From positions 1 through 50,950 of IMG/VR virus record IMGVR_UViG_3300025160_000002: a stretch of 50,950 nt of DNA, one strand, 5' to 3'. Source of the DNA: a virus (lineage: Duplodnaviria; Caudoviricetes). Shown piece after piece: positions 8,644 through 17,798 of this stretch; position 1 is the first letter of the stretch; every line of letters begins with the position of its first letter. The notes beneath the pieces were generated by a model that was not told the origin of the DNA, did not search any database, and saw only the letters and a list, made by a program, of their open reading frames with translations. The position numbers were made by a program, and so were the translations under genes.

Positions 8644-8714
8644 TGGCCTGTAATTCAATGGTAGAATAGGCTCCTTATAAGAGCCTTATCTAGGTTCAAC
8701 TCCTAGCAGGCCAA
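8644..8714 (+). tRNA. tRNA-Ile, anticodon UAU (no encoded CCA)
   Basis: Acceptor TGGCCTG/CAGGCCA, D arm ATTC/GAAT, anticodon stem GGCTC/GAGCC with loop CT-TAT-AA, T arm CTAGG-TTCAACT-CCTAG, discriminator A. Confidence 0.92.
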
Positions 8715-8720
8715 CTCTTT

Positions 8721-8806
8721 AGTACAGTGGTCGCTTTTAACGACCATAAATACGCGGACGATCAATCGTCTGGATAGAAGCGTAGCGTACTTCTGTACTT
8801 TTTTTT
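8721..8806 (+). ncRNA. Multibranch RNA ending in a U-tract (sRNA or atypical terminator)
   Basis: Closing stem AGTACAG/CTGTACT around TGGTCG/CGACCA, TACGC/GCGTA and GGACGA/TCGTCT; then a T run. Confidence 0.5.
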
Positions 8807-9006
8807 GTTTTGAAATTAGTGAAGTTAGTTAGAATATATTCTAGAATATATTTCTAGACGCGAGAGAATCTGGTAGAGGATTCGCTAGCTACTTGACACT
8901 AGCTAGAAGTGTAACCGGCGATACTGTGTTGCACGGGGGCCAGACTACCCCATCCTTTTATTAGGGAAAACTGGCGGGAATCTAGGTGTAGCATACGCTA
9001 GGCATA

Positions 9007-9164
9007 TATCTAGTCTTTAATGGTGCATGTGGTAAAATCGTGGTTGTTACTCGAACAACACCTTAATCTTAAATTAGGGGCCAATAGGCGCACTACCTAT
9101 CTTGCGGGGTTATCCCAGGCTTGAGCGGCCAAACGAGCAAGAGTGCATCATTAAGGATTAGATA
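9007..9164 (+). ncRNA. Structured RNA closed by a 22-bp stem
   Basis: 9007-9028 pairs fully with 9143-9164 (4 G-U); internal hairpins GTTGTT/AACAAC, CCTTAAT/ATTAGGG, ATAGG/CCTAT, CTTGC/GCAAG. Confidence 0.65.
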
Positions 9165-9323
9165 AAGTGCCGATGATGTGTTACCAAACTAAGGTGAAAC
9201 TTATAGATTCCACAGCGTCCAGCCGCAATATCCTGATACTTTGTAGCAGCGATCAGGGGTCTCATACGAGTGCTAGCTGGGAAGTAGTTTTAGTTAATTC
9301 ATTAAACTAAGTGAGGTGCTTTC

Positions 9324-9509
9324 ATGTTAATGCTACTTGGTAAGTATACTGTTACAGTGTTGTTTCTAGTTATTATGGTCTTACTAGCCTTCCTTGTTGG
9401 ATGTTCTAGTACTCCAACATTACAAGAATATCAGGAATTGTGCAACGGGAAAGTACAATTCTATGTTCATGGTACGAAGTACGATGCTGCAAGAGTGGAA
9501 TGCAAATGA
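9324..9509 (+). CDS. Small lipoprotein
   Basis: GAGGTG RBS; hydrophobic signal and lipobox LVG-C. Confidence 0.7.
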   Translation: MLMLLGKYTVTVLFLVIMVLLAFLVGCSSTPTLQEYQELCNGKVQFYVHGTKYDAARVECK

Positions 9510-9814
9510 CCAAATGTAAACAAAAAGAGAATATATATCTTACTGAACTTCAAGCCTGGAGGGTTGCTGAGATACTTTTTAGTCGCCGTGATGGCTTTTG
9601 TAAAATGATTAAAATGCTAAAGGAGAGGCTCTTAATAACGGGCAGAGTTTCTAAGCAAATGCGTAAGAAATTTGAACATCTCCCTAACTACGACCCGGAT
9701 ACCCCTGACTATAAATTCCCAAAAACTTGTGGCTGCACACATGATCTTCACCGTGTGATATTCGCGGCGAACAGAGCAGACATGTTGAGTTCCAGACGAA
9801 AGAGGGCCAAATGA
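9506..9814 (+). CDS. Hypothetical protein (start moved to ATG 9506)
   Basis: ATGA overlap with the preceding stop. Confidence 0.6.
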   Translation: MTKCKQKENIYLTELQAWRVAEILFSRRDGFCKMIKMLKERLLITGRVSKQMRKKFEHLPNYDPDTPDYKFPKTCGCTHDLHRVIFAANRADMLSSRRKRAK

Positions 9815-10146
9815 TAGATTTCAACAAACCTGTACAAACAAGGAGTGGGCGAGCGGTGAGGATTTTATGTACTGATGCACCAGGAGTATCACCCGTTATT
9901 GGTTTATTAGAAAGTAAAGAGGTAATGAGGTGGCTGGTGTGCGGTACGCATTTCTCTGCCTACACTAGGGACTACGACCTGGAGAACGTGCCGGAAGACA
10001 CCTTTGTATATCTCAATGTTTATCTGGATGCTCGCAAGCAAATGTTCGTCCTTTCTAATCCGTCCAGGGCCGTGGCCGATCAAGTGCAGCTTTTTAATAG
10101 AATCGGCTGCATAAAGGTCAAGCTGGAAGCCCGCTTCGATGATTAA
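9811..10146 (+). CDS. Hypothetical phage protein
   Basis: ATGA coupling; KPVQTRSGRAVRILCTD motif. Confidence 0.7.
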   Translation: MIDFNKPVQTRSGRAVRILCTDAPGVSPVIGLLESKEVMRWLVCGTHFSAYTRDYDLENVPEDTFVYLNVYLDARKQMFVLSNPSRAVADQVQLFNRIGCIKVKLEARFDD

Positions 10147-10164
10147 TTTAGAGGGTTTCAATTA

Positions 10165-10452
10165 ATGTTTAACATTTATCCTCGTAAGCAAGTTAGTCCG
10201 CATCTTAGGGGGGCACCTAAGCCCTATATGTATCGAAAACCTGGCGGAAAAATATACAAACTAAAGAAGCGCCCAGGTACATTTTCCCTTTCAAATCAAG
10301 TAGTTTGGGATAGTTTTCAAAAACGTATTCTAGAATATATTACAGTCAAAGGCGTGACTGTTCGAGAAGGTATTAAACATGGGCGTGTTAGTATTAATCA
10401 TCAATCCTTTAGAGTTAAACAATTAGGAACTAAAGCATGGATGACTATATAA
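10165..10452 (+). CDS. Basic hypothetical protein
   Basis: GAGGG RBS; packed operon. Confidence 0.6.
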   Translation: MFNIYPRKQVSPHLRGAPKPYMYRKPGGKIYKLKKRPGTFSLSNQVVWDSFQKRILEYITVKGVTVREGIKHGRVSINHQSFRVKQLGTKAWMTI

Positions 10453-10634
10453 CTAGATTCAAGAATTTACTTTTTTGTCAACAATGGACAGAGACTATGA
10501 GAACATTAGCTGATAAAGAACGGGAAGAAGGGACTAAGAAGCCTCAAGGACCAGTTCCATTATTTGTTAGAATGCCTATGAGAAAACAAGTTATAATGCG
10601 CCCAGGTAAAACTAAGCGAGATCATAAAAGGTAA
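10437..10634 (+). CDS. Hypothetical protein
   Basis: AGGA RBS; packed operon. Confidence 0.6.
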   Translation: MDDYITRFKNLLFCQQWTETMRTLADKEREEGTKKPQGPVPLFVRMPMRKQVIMRPGKTKRDHKR

Positions 10635-10636
10635 AT

Positions 10637-11050
10637 ATGTGCTTATACAATAATGTATCCAAGGTTAGAAAGTTGTTAAAATCTACAAAGAAACATATTA
10701 AAGGGTATAAAATATATCAAGTAGATTATAATAATAACCTATATCCGTTCTATTATAATGAGAATAAAGTCATAGTAAATAAAAATAGGTATATTCAAAG
10801 TAATACCAGCCGGAAAAAGCCTTCTCTTAGACAGGAAGAAATAAACCAAGGTCTGCATATATACACTACACGACCCTCGATAATGAGCCTCGAAACCTTC
10901 CGCCTCGCCAAGCGCATAGTCGTGGTAAAGGTCGTAGGTTATAGAAAAGATTTACTAGGGATAGGGTATGATGATGATGCAGTATTTACAAAAGTTCGTG
11001 TTTCAAAAAGAGAATTGACCAGATTACGAAAATTAGGAATTAAAATATGA
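10637..11050 (+). CDS. Basic hypothetical protein
   Basis: AAGGT RBS; MCLY start, GYKIY and GLHIY motifs. Confidence 0.7.
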   Translation: MCLYNNVSKVRKLLKSTKKHIKGYKIYQVDYNNNLYPFYYNENKVIVNKNRYIQSNTSRKKPSLRQEEINQGLHIYTTRPSIMSLETFRLAKRIVVVKVVGYRKDLLGIGYDDDAVFTKVRVSKRELTRLRKLGIKI

Positions 11051-11682
11051 ATAAACGCATATTAATGTTTGGGAAGGGTTATAGTCGTCCCTTTACTGAG
11101 CGCGGGAATTTAGATATAGTGTCATATTATTCCTACCCTGATGATTTATCAAATTATAAGTATGTAGTCTTTACTGGAGGTGCAGATATTGGACCAAATA
11201 TGTATAATGAACTTCCTAATGGCACTTCTTGGTTTGATACTGAACGAGACGCAGCAGAATATGCGTTAATGAAACGATGTGTTGATCTTGGAATTCCTAC
11301 TGTGGGTATTTGCCGTGGAATGCAAATGCAAACTATTTATAATGGTGGGAAGTTAATTCAAGATATGGCGCATCATAACCATAATCATCCAATCTCTACA
11401 CTAGAAGGTGGTGCTTTGCAGGTTAATAGTCTGCACCATCAATTATGTGTTCCAGAGGGATATGTGTCCATACTGGCTTGGTTTCCAACAACAGATGCTG
11501 GTCTACCAAGATTATATAACGGTATACCTACTGGTTTTAGTCGTAAAGAGTATCTCGAACCTGAGGCATTATGGTTCCCAAAAACTAAATGTCTTGGTGT
11601 CCAATTTCATCCAGAAATGATGAATAACGATACAGAAGGTTACAAATATTTTCAATACCTATTAAACCGCTATATAGAGTGA
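11047..11682 (+). CDS. Class I glutamine amidotransferase / peptidase C26 (gamma-glutamyl hydrolase-like)
   Basis: FTGGADIGP, GICRGMQ, VNSLHHQ, GVQFHPE. Confidence 0.92.
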   Translation: MNKRILMFGKGYSRPFTERGNLDIVSYYSYPDDLSNYKYVVFTGGADIGPNMYNELPNGTSWFDTERDAAEYALMKRCVDLGIPTVGICRGMQMQTIYNGGKLIQDMAHHNHNHPISTLEGGALQVNSLHHQLCVPEGYVSILAWFPTTDAGLPRLYNGIPTGFSRKEYLEPEALWFPKTKCLGVQFHPEMMNNDTEGYKYFQYLLNRYIE

Positions 11683-11685
11683 TAT

Positions 11686-12195
11686 ATGATAACTACTGAA
11701 CTAGATTTACCGGCATGTTTTAAAACACAATTAGAGAGTATAATCCCTAATTGTGAAATAAAGCTGTCCAAAATCTTTCCACCGATTGAAGCTGCATATA
11801 CATACGGGACTGGACGGGGTAACTTACTGTTAAGGCAGTATTCTCCGGCGAATCCTGTTTTTATTGATTATGGAATATTTAAGATTACAATTAATTGCAC
11901 AGAACTAGCTAGATTTTCATTATACCAAATGCCTAATTGTTGTGGAATAATGATCTTATCTAAATTAGACGTAAACTATGGATATAGACGAAAGGGAGTT
12001 GGTTCCATTTTACTAAACTTTATAGAGTATATTGGCCTGACAGGAGATTATACTAAAGTAATATGTACTAACATTAATCCTATATTTGATGTTTTACTTG
12101 CAAAAAAGAAGTGGAAATTGGTTGATGCATTTTATAATCATAATAGTGAACACACTGTAAAAACGTGGATGAAAGAGGTTTATAGAGATGAATAA
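11686..12195 (+). CDS. GNAT-like protein with CCG motif
   Basis: Acetyl-CoA-binding motif VNYGYRRKGVGSILL; YQMPNCCG. Confidence 0.7.
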   Translation: MITTELDLPACFKTQLESIIPNCEIKLSKIFPPIEAAYTYGTGRGNLLLRQYSPANPVFIDYGIFKITINCTELARFSLYQMPNCCGIMILSKLDVNYGYRRKGVGSILLNFIEYIGLTGDYTKVICTNINPIFDVLLAKKKWKLVDAFYNHNSEHTVKTWMKEVYRDE

Positions 12196-12979
12196 AGTAA
12201 CTATAGGAGCTGATCCGGAAGTATTTCTTAAACGTGGAGATACTTTTATTCCAGCTATAGGTTTAATTGGAGGGACTAAAAAGAACCCCAAAAAATGTGG
12301 TATAGGGTTTATTCAGGAAGATAATGTTATGCCTGAGTTTAATATTCCTCCTTCTACAACAGCCACTACATTTTCCAATCGTATCGGGTCTATGCTTAGG
12401 GAATTAGAAAAGATAGCATCTAAGCACCAGTGTACTTTAGAATATAAATCTTGGGCAGCATTTGATCCACAAGTTTTACGACATCCCCAAGCACAAATGA
12501 TTGGGTGTGATCCAGACTATAATGCATGGACTATGGAACAAAACGCTAGAGTTAATGCAGATATGTTAGGAAATATTCGTGTAGCTGCTGGCCATGTACA
12601 TATTGGATTTAATTGTGGCTCTAATCCTGCTTCTAGAAACAATTTAGTTAAGTGGTGTGATCTATATCTTGGAGTACCTAGTATACTCATGGAAGATGAC
12701 GGAAATATTAGACGTAAATATTACGGGAAGGCTGGCGCATACCGGCCAAAGCCTTATGGGGTAGAATATAGGGTTCTAGGAAATTGGTGGATACAGCATG
12801 AAAGCTACCGTAAATGGGTATTTAATAATACCATGAGCGCAGTAAGTCTAATAACTAAAGGAATTGCCTTTGACGACCGCTTACATTCGTTTATTATAGA
12901 CGCGATTAATAATCAAAATAAATCAACAGCAAAGATGTTTTGTGATAAATATAATATTACTATTCCTACAAAGGTATAA
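12188..12979 (+). CDS. phiEco32-like COOH-NH2 ligase type 2
   Basis: IGADPEVFL, QEDNVMPEFNIPP, GCDPDYNAW, GHVHIG, RRKYYGKAGAYRPKPYGVEYR. Confidence 0.92.
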   Translation: MNKVTIGADPEVFLKRGDTFIPAIGLIGGTKKNPKKCGIGFIQEDNVMPEFNIPPSTTATTFSNRIGSMLRELEKIASKHQCTLEYKSWAAFDPQVLRHPQAQMIGCDPDYNAWTMEQNARVNADMLGNIRVAAGHVHIGFNCGSNPASRNNLVKWCDLYLGVPSILMEDDGNIRRKYYGKAGAYRPKPYGVEYRVLGNWWIQHESYRKWVFNNTMSAVSLITKGIAFDDRLHSFIIDAINNQNKSTAKMFCDKYNITIPTKV

Positions 12980-12982
12980 TTT

Positions 12983-13609
12983 ATGCCTAATACTTACAGC
13001 CGGGAAGAGTATAACAGGGGTTATAGCAAGACTTACGTAGGCTGGATAACACCTAATAAAATAATTCCTTATAATGTACAGGCTGTTGTTCAGGGTAAGA
13101 GTCTAAACCATATGGTATTTCAGGGATATAGATATGAAGAGGGTACGTGGATTCCTCAAAATGCTGAACTAAAAGAATTAACTTTAGATTATCCACAATG
13201 CGGGGTTATTAATCATAAAGAATGGGTAATATATATTAAGAGAGACCCAAGAAGGCAGTATTCACAGGGATTTCCTGAGCAATACAGCCGTTTAGTATCT
13301 AATCCAAGCAGGGATTTATGTGATACTTTAAAAATGGACCCAGACACTGTAGATTTGACTAATTTATTTAATCCGTACTATTATTCCCCTTTAGAAGCTA
13401 TTAAACTAGTAAATGAGGGAAATGCTTTAGCGAGAGCCGTTTCTAACAAATTATTTGTAACTATATCTGCATTTGAGGAGGATCTTGGGTTATTTTATAA
13501 AGAATATAAAATAGGAGTAATTAAAGATACAAAAGTTTATTTACACCCCTCTGTCCTGCATTTAACAGAGGAAGTCGGAACATATTTTGAGGTCGTTAAT
13601 AATGGCTAA
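12983..13609 (+). CDS. Hypothetical protein of the amidoligase cluster
   Basis: 208-aa ORF between the two ligases. Confidence 0.75.
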   Translation: MPNTYSREEYNRGYSKTYVGWITPNKIIPYNVQAVVQGKSLNHMVFQGYRYEEGTWIPQNAELKELTLDYPQCGVINHKEWVIYIKRDPRRQYSQGFPEQYSRLVSNPSRDLCDTLKMDPDTVDLTNLFNPYYYSPLEAIKLVNEGNALARAVSNKLFVTISAFEEDLGLFYKEYKIGVIKDTKVYLHPSVLHLTEEVGTYFEVVNNG

Positions 13610-14741
13610 TACTAAGTCTGTAGGACAAGTATTTCATCAAAGAGAGAATATAAGAACCTATAAAGAGGATTTTTATTGGGTATTACCAGATACAATGGTT
13701 GGAGTTGAAATAGAAGTAGAAGGAGCTAGGGATATTATAACTGGAAAGAGTGGTTTATGGGAAAAGGTGCATGACGGTAGTTTACGACAAGTTAAGGAAG
13801 CAGATCCTTATGAACTACGGTTCTTAGAACCTCTTTGTGGTTATGATTTAAGTACAGCATTAAATATTTTTGAAAAGGGGCTGCGAATTCTTAAAGAGCC
13901 TCCAGTTTGGAGTGCTCGAACCAGTGTGCATGTTCATTTAAATATGATAGAAATGTCATTAGAACAATTACTTAGCTTTATAATTTATTACACAGTCTTT
14001 GAAAAAAGTTTGTTTCGTTATGCAGGTAAAGAAAGAGAAAACAATACGTACTGTTTACCTTATTATAAAGCAGAAGGAGTTCTGTTTGAAGCATTATCTA
14101 TTGACAGTATAACGAACCCTACAGCTATATATACAATTTCTAATGAGAATTACAGATATGCAGCATTAAATTTAGCTGCTTTAAAGAAATTTGGGACAGT
14201 AGAATTTAGACATATGGGAGGTACTTCGGATGTGCATAAAATTAGAAACTGGATTAATATTATTTTTTGTCTTAAAAAATATTCTTTAATTAATACCACT
14301 TTAGATTTAACGGAAATTCCTCAGTTCTTTTCAGCAAAGGGCATGAAAAATTGTGCTGAAGAAGTATTTGGAAAGTATTTATCTTTACTAGATTACCCTG
14401 AATTTAATATTGATATGTTAAATGGTATTAGATTAGCTCAAGATATTATATATAGATCTAACCTGGTTGAATCTTCTACAAAACTAAAACAATCAGGAAC
14501 TAACTTTAGTTCAAGAATAAAAAAATATGCAGAAAATAAACACATAAATCTAAGCCCCGTTGAGCAAGTAAATACTCCACAGAAGACGAAGAGGAAACCG
14601 AGTACGGCAGGGGAGATAATCATTGAAGAGGCTCGTGAATTCGCCGGGTTTAATATCAACGACCCAAACAATTTCGTTGTACAAGAGGCGCGTGAGACAA
14701 GATTGAACTTAGAAGATAACGACGAAGAGGATGGTAACTAA
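13602..14741 (+). CDS. Putative amidoligase
   Basis: VGVEIEVE, HDGSLR, RTSVHVH, RYAALN, GTVEFRH; start set at ATG 13602. Confidence 0.9.
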   Translation: MANTKSVGQVFHQRENIRTYKEDFYWVLPDTMVGVEIEVEGARDIITGKSGLWEKVHDGSLRQVKEADPYELRFLEPLCGYDLSTALNIFEKGLRILKEPPVWSARTSVHVHLNMIEMSLEQLLSFIIYYTVFEKSLFRYAGKERENNTYCLPYYKAEGVLFEALSIDSITNPTAIYTISNENYRYAALNLAALKKFGTVEFRHMGGTSDVHKIRNWINIIFCLKKYSLINTTLDLTEIPQFFSAKGMKNCAEEVFGKYLSLLDYPEFNIDMLNGIRLAQDIIYRSNLVESSTKLKQSGTNFSSRIKKYAENKHINLSPVEQVNTPQKTKRKPSTAGEIIIEEAREFAGFNINDPNNFVVQEARETRLNLEDNDEEDGN

Positions 14742-16066
14742 TGTGTGGAATTTTTGGAATAGTATCCTTTGACGACAAGATCCTGAATAACAAAAAAGAT
14801 TTCTTTTATCAAGCGTTAATAACAAACAGCTTGAGGGGGATGCACGGTACTGGAATTTGCACAGTATCTAAAGAAAATAATGTGGAAGTGTATAAAAAAG
14901 CTATGTCTGGTTATGATTTTACGCATTTACCAAGAACTACCTTTCTTTTAAATGATTTTAAATCCTTAAAGTATGCTATAGGACATAATAGACATGCTAC
15001 AAAGGGTGATCTTTCAGATATTAACAGTCATCCCTTTATTGAAGATAATATTACATTAGTACATAATGGGAATATACTATGGATGCATACTCTAGATGTT
15101 CCTAATGCATATCAAGACTATAATGTAGATAGCCATATACTTACGAAGGCATTTGCTTTGCATGGTTATAAAGCAACTATTCCTAGAATAGAAGGTGCCG
15201 CAGCTTTAGCATGGTTTGATTCCAGCGCTGGTACATTTCATTTATATAGAAATAAAGAACGCCCTATGTATTTTTCTGCTGTGAAAAATAGTGATACTAT
15301 TATATTCGGCAGTGAATTAAAAATGATTAACTGGTTAGCTGAGCGCAATGGTATTGAGGTTAAAAAATCTTTTTATTTAGAAGACGATATGGTAATTACA
15401 TTTAAAGATAGTATTAAATATACTAAAGAACTTATCAAACCTACCCCTAAACAACCAATTCCAGTCTATAATTGGAACAATAAACCAATACCTGCTATAG
15501 AGCATATCGCTAGTAATCAAAGACTTACTTCTAATAGTAAATTAGGAGATTATAATCTAAAGATAGGTCAATTAATAGAGTTTGCGTTTGAAGAAATGTG
15601 CTACAACAATCATAAATCTAGACACGGAGATTTAGTTGGTAGAATTTTAATACCCCCTTACCCTGCTGTAATAGCTAGAGGGATTAAAAGGGATGAATTT
15701 AAAGGGGATTATGTGTTAGAAGGGAGAGTTCTACATGCAGAGTATGACCCTAAATATAAATGTATAATGGTTCATTTAGGTGCAGTAAAACAAACTAATC
15801 AAGCTGATACTGGGCAAGCACTAGTATATGAAGACGGACCAGGAGCAGATGATAACGACGGAGAAACAGTAACAACATATGTTGCAGGCCCGTTAGGGCA
15901 CCTGATTACTATAGATCAATTTAAATTGTGGGTTAAAGATGGTTGTGTTAATTGTAGAGCAGATATTACAGAGGATATGGTACATGCTCTTAGATGGACT
16001 CATGCGAATCAACCAGTATGTTATGGTTGCCAAACTAATCCAGCTATAACCCCTTATTTACATTAG
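14741..16066 (+). CDS. Class II (Ntn) glutamine amidotransferase
   Basis: MCGIFG, RGMHGTG, GHNRHAT, HPF, HNG, RNKERPM; C-terminal CxxC...CxxC. Confidence 0.92.
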   Translation: MCGIFGIVSFDDKILNNKKDFFYQALITNSLRGMHGTGICTVSKENNVEVYKKAMSGYDFTHLPRTTFLLNDFKSLKYAIGHNRHATKGDLSDINSHPFIEDNITLVHNGNILWMHTLDVPNAYQDYNVDSHILTKAFALHGYKATIPRIEGAAALAWFDSSAGTFHLYRNKERPMYFSAVKNSDTIIFGSELKMINWLAERNGIEVKKSFYLEDDMVITFKDSIKYTKELIKPTPKQPIPVYNWNNKPIPAIEHIASNQRLTSNSKLGDYNLKIGQLIEFAFEEMCYNNHKSRHGDLVGRILIPPYPAVIARGIKRDEFKGDYVLEGRVLHAEYDPKYKCIMVHLGAVKQTNQADTGQALVYEDGPGADDNDGETVTTYVAGPLGHLITIDQFKLWVKDGCVNCRADITEDMVHALRWTHANQPVCYGCQTNPAITPYLH

Positions 16067-16075
16067 GATAAAGAT

Positions 16076-16912
16076 ATGACAACAGCAGTTATTCTTAGAC
16101 GTAAGAAGTTAGGTAAAACTTCGTGTAATGGTATAGTTGGTTTTAGTCACTCTAATGTACAAGTAGTGCGTAACGATGCTGTTATTCCTAAAGCAGATGT
16201 ATATATTAGATGGGGATGTACTTCACCTATACCATACACAGAGAACCGTATTATTTTAAACCTGGCTCAGGCAATTCATATTGTAGGAGATAAGGCAGGA
16301 TTTAGAGCAATTTTGGATGAGGATGCACTATGCCCCCTTACTTGGTTTGATTGGGCCCATGTTCCACCACAAGCATTTCCTGTAGTTGTTCGCCCTCAAG
16401 TACACGCGCAAGGCAAGCAGGTGTATTTCTGTGAGAATTCAGTACAGATGTTTACTGCTATCGAGAAATGCGGTCCTGGTTATTATATATCTAAGTTTAT
16501 TGATAAAGTAGCAGAATATAGAGTATTTGTAGCTCAAGGACGGGCAGTATGGGTAGTTAAGAAAACCCCAGGTAATCCTGAGGATGTAGCATGGAATGTA
16601 GCTAGAGGTGGAAGATTTGATAATGTTAGTTGGAACAACTGGCCCCTTAAAGGGGTTAAATTAGCAATAGGAGGATTTCTATTATCTGGGTTAGATTTTG
16701 GTGGGGTAGATATAATGATTGATGCACAAAATAATTGGTATATATTAGAAATTAATTCTGCACCTTCTCAAACCTCTCCCTACAGGCAGAAGTGTGTTGC
16801 TAAAGTATTTGATTATATTATAGAAAATGGGAAAGATATTATACCCCTAGTAAGGAGACCTGGGGGGTATCTTAAATTTATTCATCCTGCTCTTGACTAC
16901 TCTGCTTATTAA
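16076..16912 (+). CDS. RimK-like ATP-grasp ligase
   Basis: IRWG, EYRVFV, WN, GLDFGGVDI, ILEINSAP. Confidence 0.9.
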   Translation: MTTAVILRRKKLGKTSCNGIVGFSHSNVQVVRNDAVIPKADVYIRWGCTSPIPYTENRIILNLAQAIHIVGDKAGFRAILDEDALCPLTWFDWAHVPPQAFPVVVRPQVHAQGKQVYFCENSVQMFTAIEKCGPGYYISKFIDKVAEYRVFVAQGRAVWVVKKTPGNPEDVAWNVARGGRFDNVSWNNWPLKGVKLAIGGFLLSGLDFGGVDIMIDAQNNWYILEINSAPSQTSPYRQKCVAKVFDYIIENGKDIIPLVRRPGGYLKFIHPALDYSAY

Positions 16913-16928
16913 TTAAGGGTGTATACAA

Positions 16929-17273
16929 ATGGTATATTCAAGCTACTATGGGGACGTATATTACGAAGCCCAATGTTTGTTCGGGTGTTGTAGTATATTG
17001 GAAATAAGTTGTGTCCAGATAAAACCTCACAAGGATAAAGATATTATATCTTTATATAAGGAATTTGATTCTTATATTAAAAATAATATTATAGCTAGTA
17101 TTAATATGTTTATTATGACAGATAAAGATAGAAAGTATACGACCGAACCTTCAATTTATGATTTTTGTATTAAGATGAAATGGAAGGTATTAGAAGTATT
17201 TCAAAGTTGTCATGATCGGCGCAATGTTGTTATGTTTGGGTATAATAGGAGTACGGATAATGAGCAGGTTTAA
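16929..17273 (+). CDS. Degenerate GNAT-like protein with CCS motif
   Basis: GCCSILEIS; C-terminal KWKVLEVF resembles 11686-12195. Confidence 0.55.
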   Translation: MVYSSYYGDVYYEAQCLFGCCSILEISCVQIKPHKDKDIISLYKEFDSYIKNNIIASINMFIMTDKDRKYTTEPSIYDFCIKMKWKVLEVFQSCHDRRNVVMFGYNRSTDNEQV

Positions 17274-17733
17274 TTCACCTAGTAAAAGCGGTTATGTTAA
17301 ATTTAAGTCTCAGAAATTAGCTAGCTGTTGTGGTGTAGCTTTAGTACATAGTGTGACTTTTTATCCAGTCTCCATTAAGGGGTATAAACAGAAAGAATTT
17401 ATGAATAAAAGGTGGAATCCTTCTATCGGATTTGTGTATGTTAAAGAGACATATCCGACAGCGATTTACTTAAAACCCAAGGAAATTAAAAAACATTTAC
17501 TAACTTTATATACTGAATTTTTTATATTTTTAAAAACGTGCAACAAATTAAAGTCTTTAAATCGCGCTAAAGTACTATTAGCAGACTATGTTAGGGGTGA
17601 TATCAGTGCATTTGTAAAAGCTACTGGAGGGAAAAAAGCAGGCTGGATGATTGATAAACCAGTCTATAATCTGTTCAGCAACCGTTTCGACGTAGTATAT
17701 ACCTTAAACAGGGAAGTACTACATAGGCACTAA
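17260..17733 (+). CDS. Degenerate GNAT-like protein with CCG motif
   Basis: SCCGVALVH; C-terminal GWMIDKPVYN; start set at ATG 17260 after AGGAG. Confidence 0.55.
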   Translation: MSRFNSPSKSGYVKFKSQKLASCCGVALVHSVTFYPVSIKGYKQKEFMNKRWNPSIGFVYVKETYPTAIYLKPKEIKKHLLTLYTEFFIFLKTCNKLKSLNRAKVLLADYVRGDISAFVKATGGKKAGWMIDKPVYNLFSNRFDVVYTLNREVLHRH

Positions 17734-17798
17734 GTTGTTGATTTAAAAGCAAAAGTAAAAAGTTTACTGAATTATGAAAATAAATATAAATATATTTA

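Noticed and set aside
8715-8790. HDV-like (theta) ribozyme at the tRNA 3' end
   Set aside because: No nested double pseudoknot or L3 motif could be identified by eye.
9020-9124. 34-codon ORF inside the 22-bp stem
   Set aside because: No RBS and the start codon is buried in the stem.
9167-9205. Hammerhead-like CCGATGA...GAAAC
   Set aside because: The core deviates from CUGAUGA and stem II does not form adjacent to the core.
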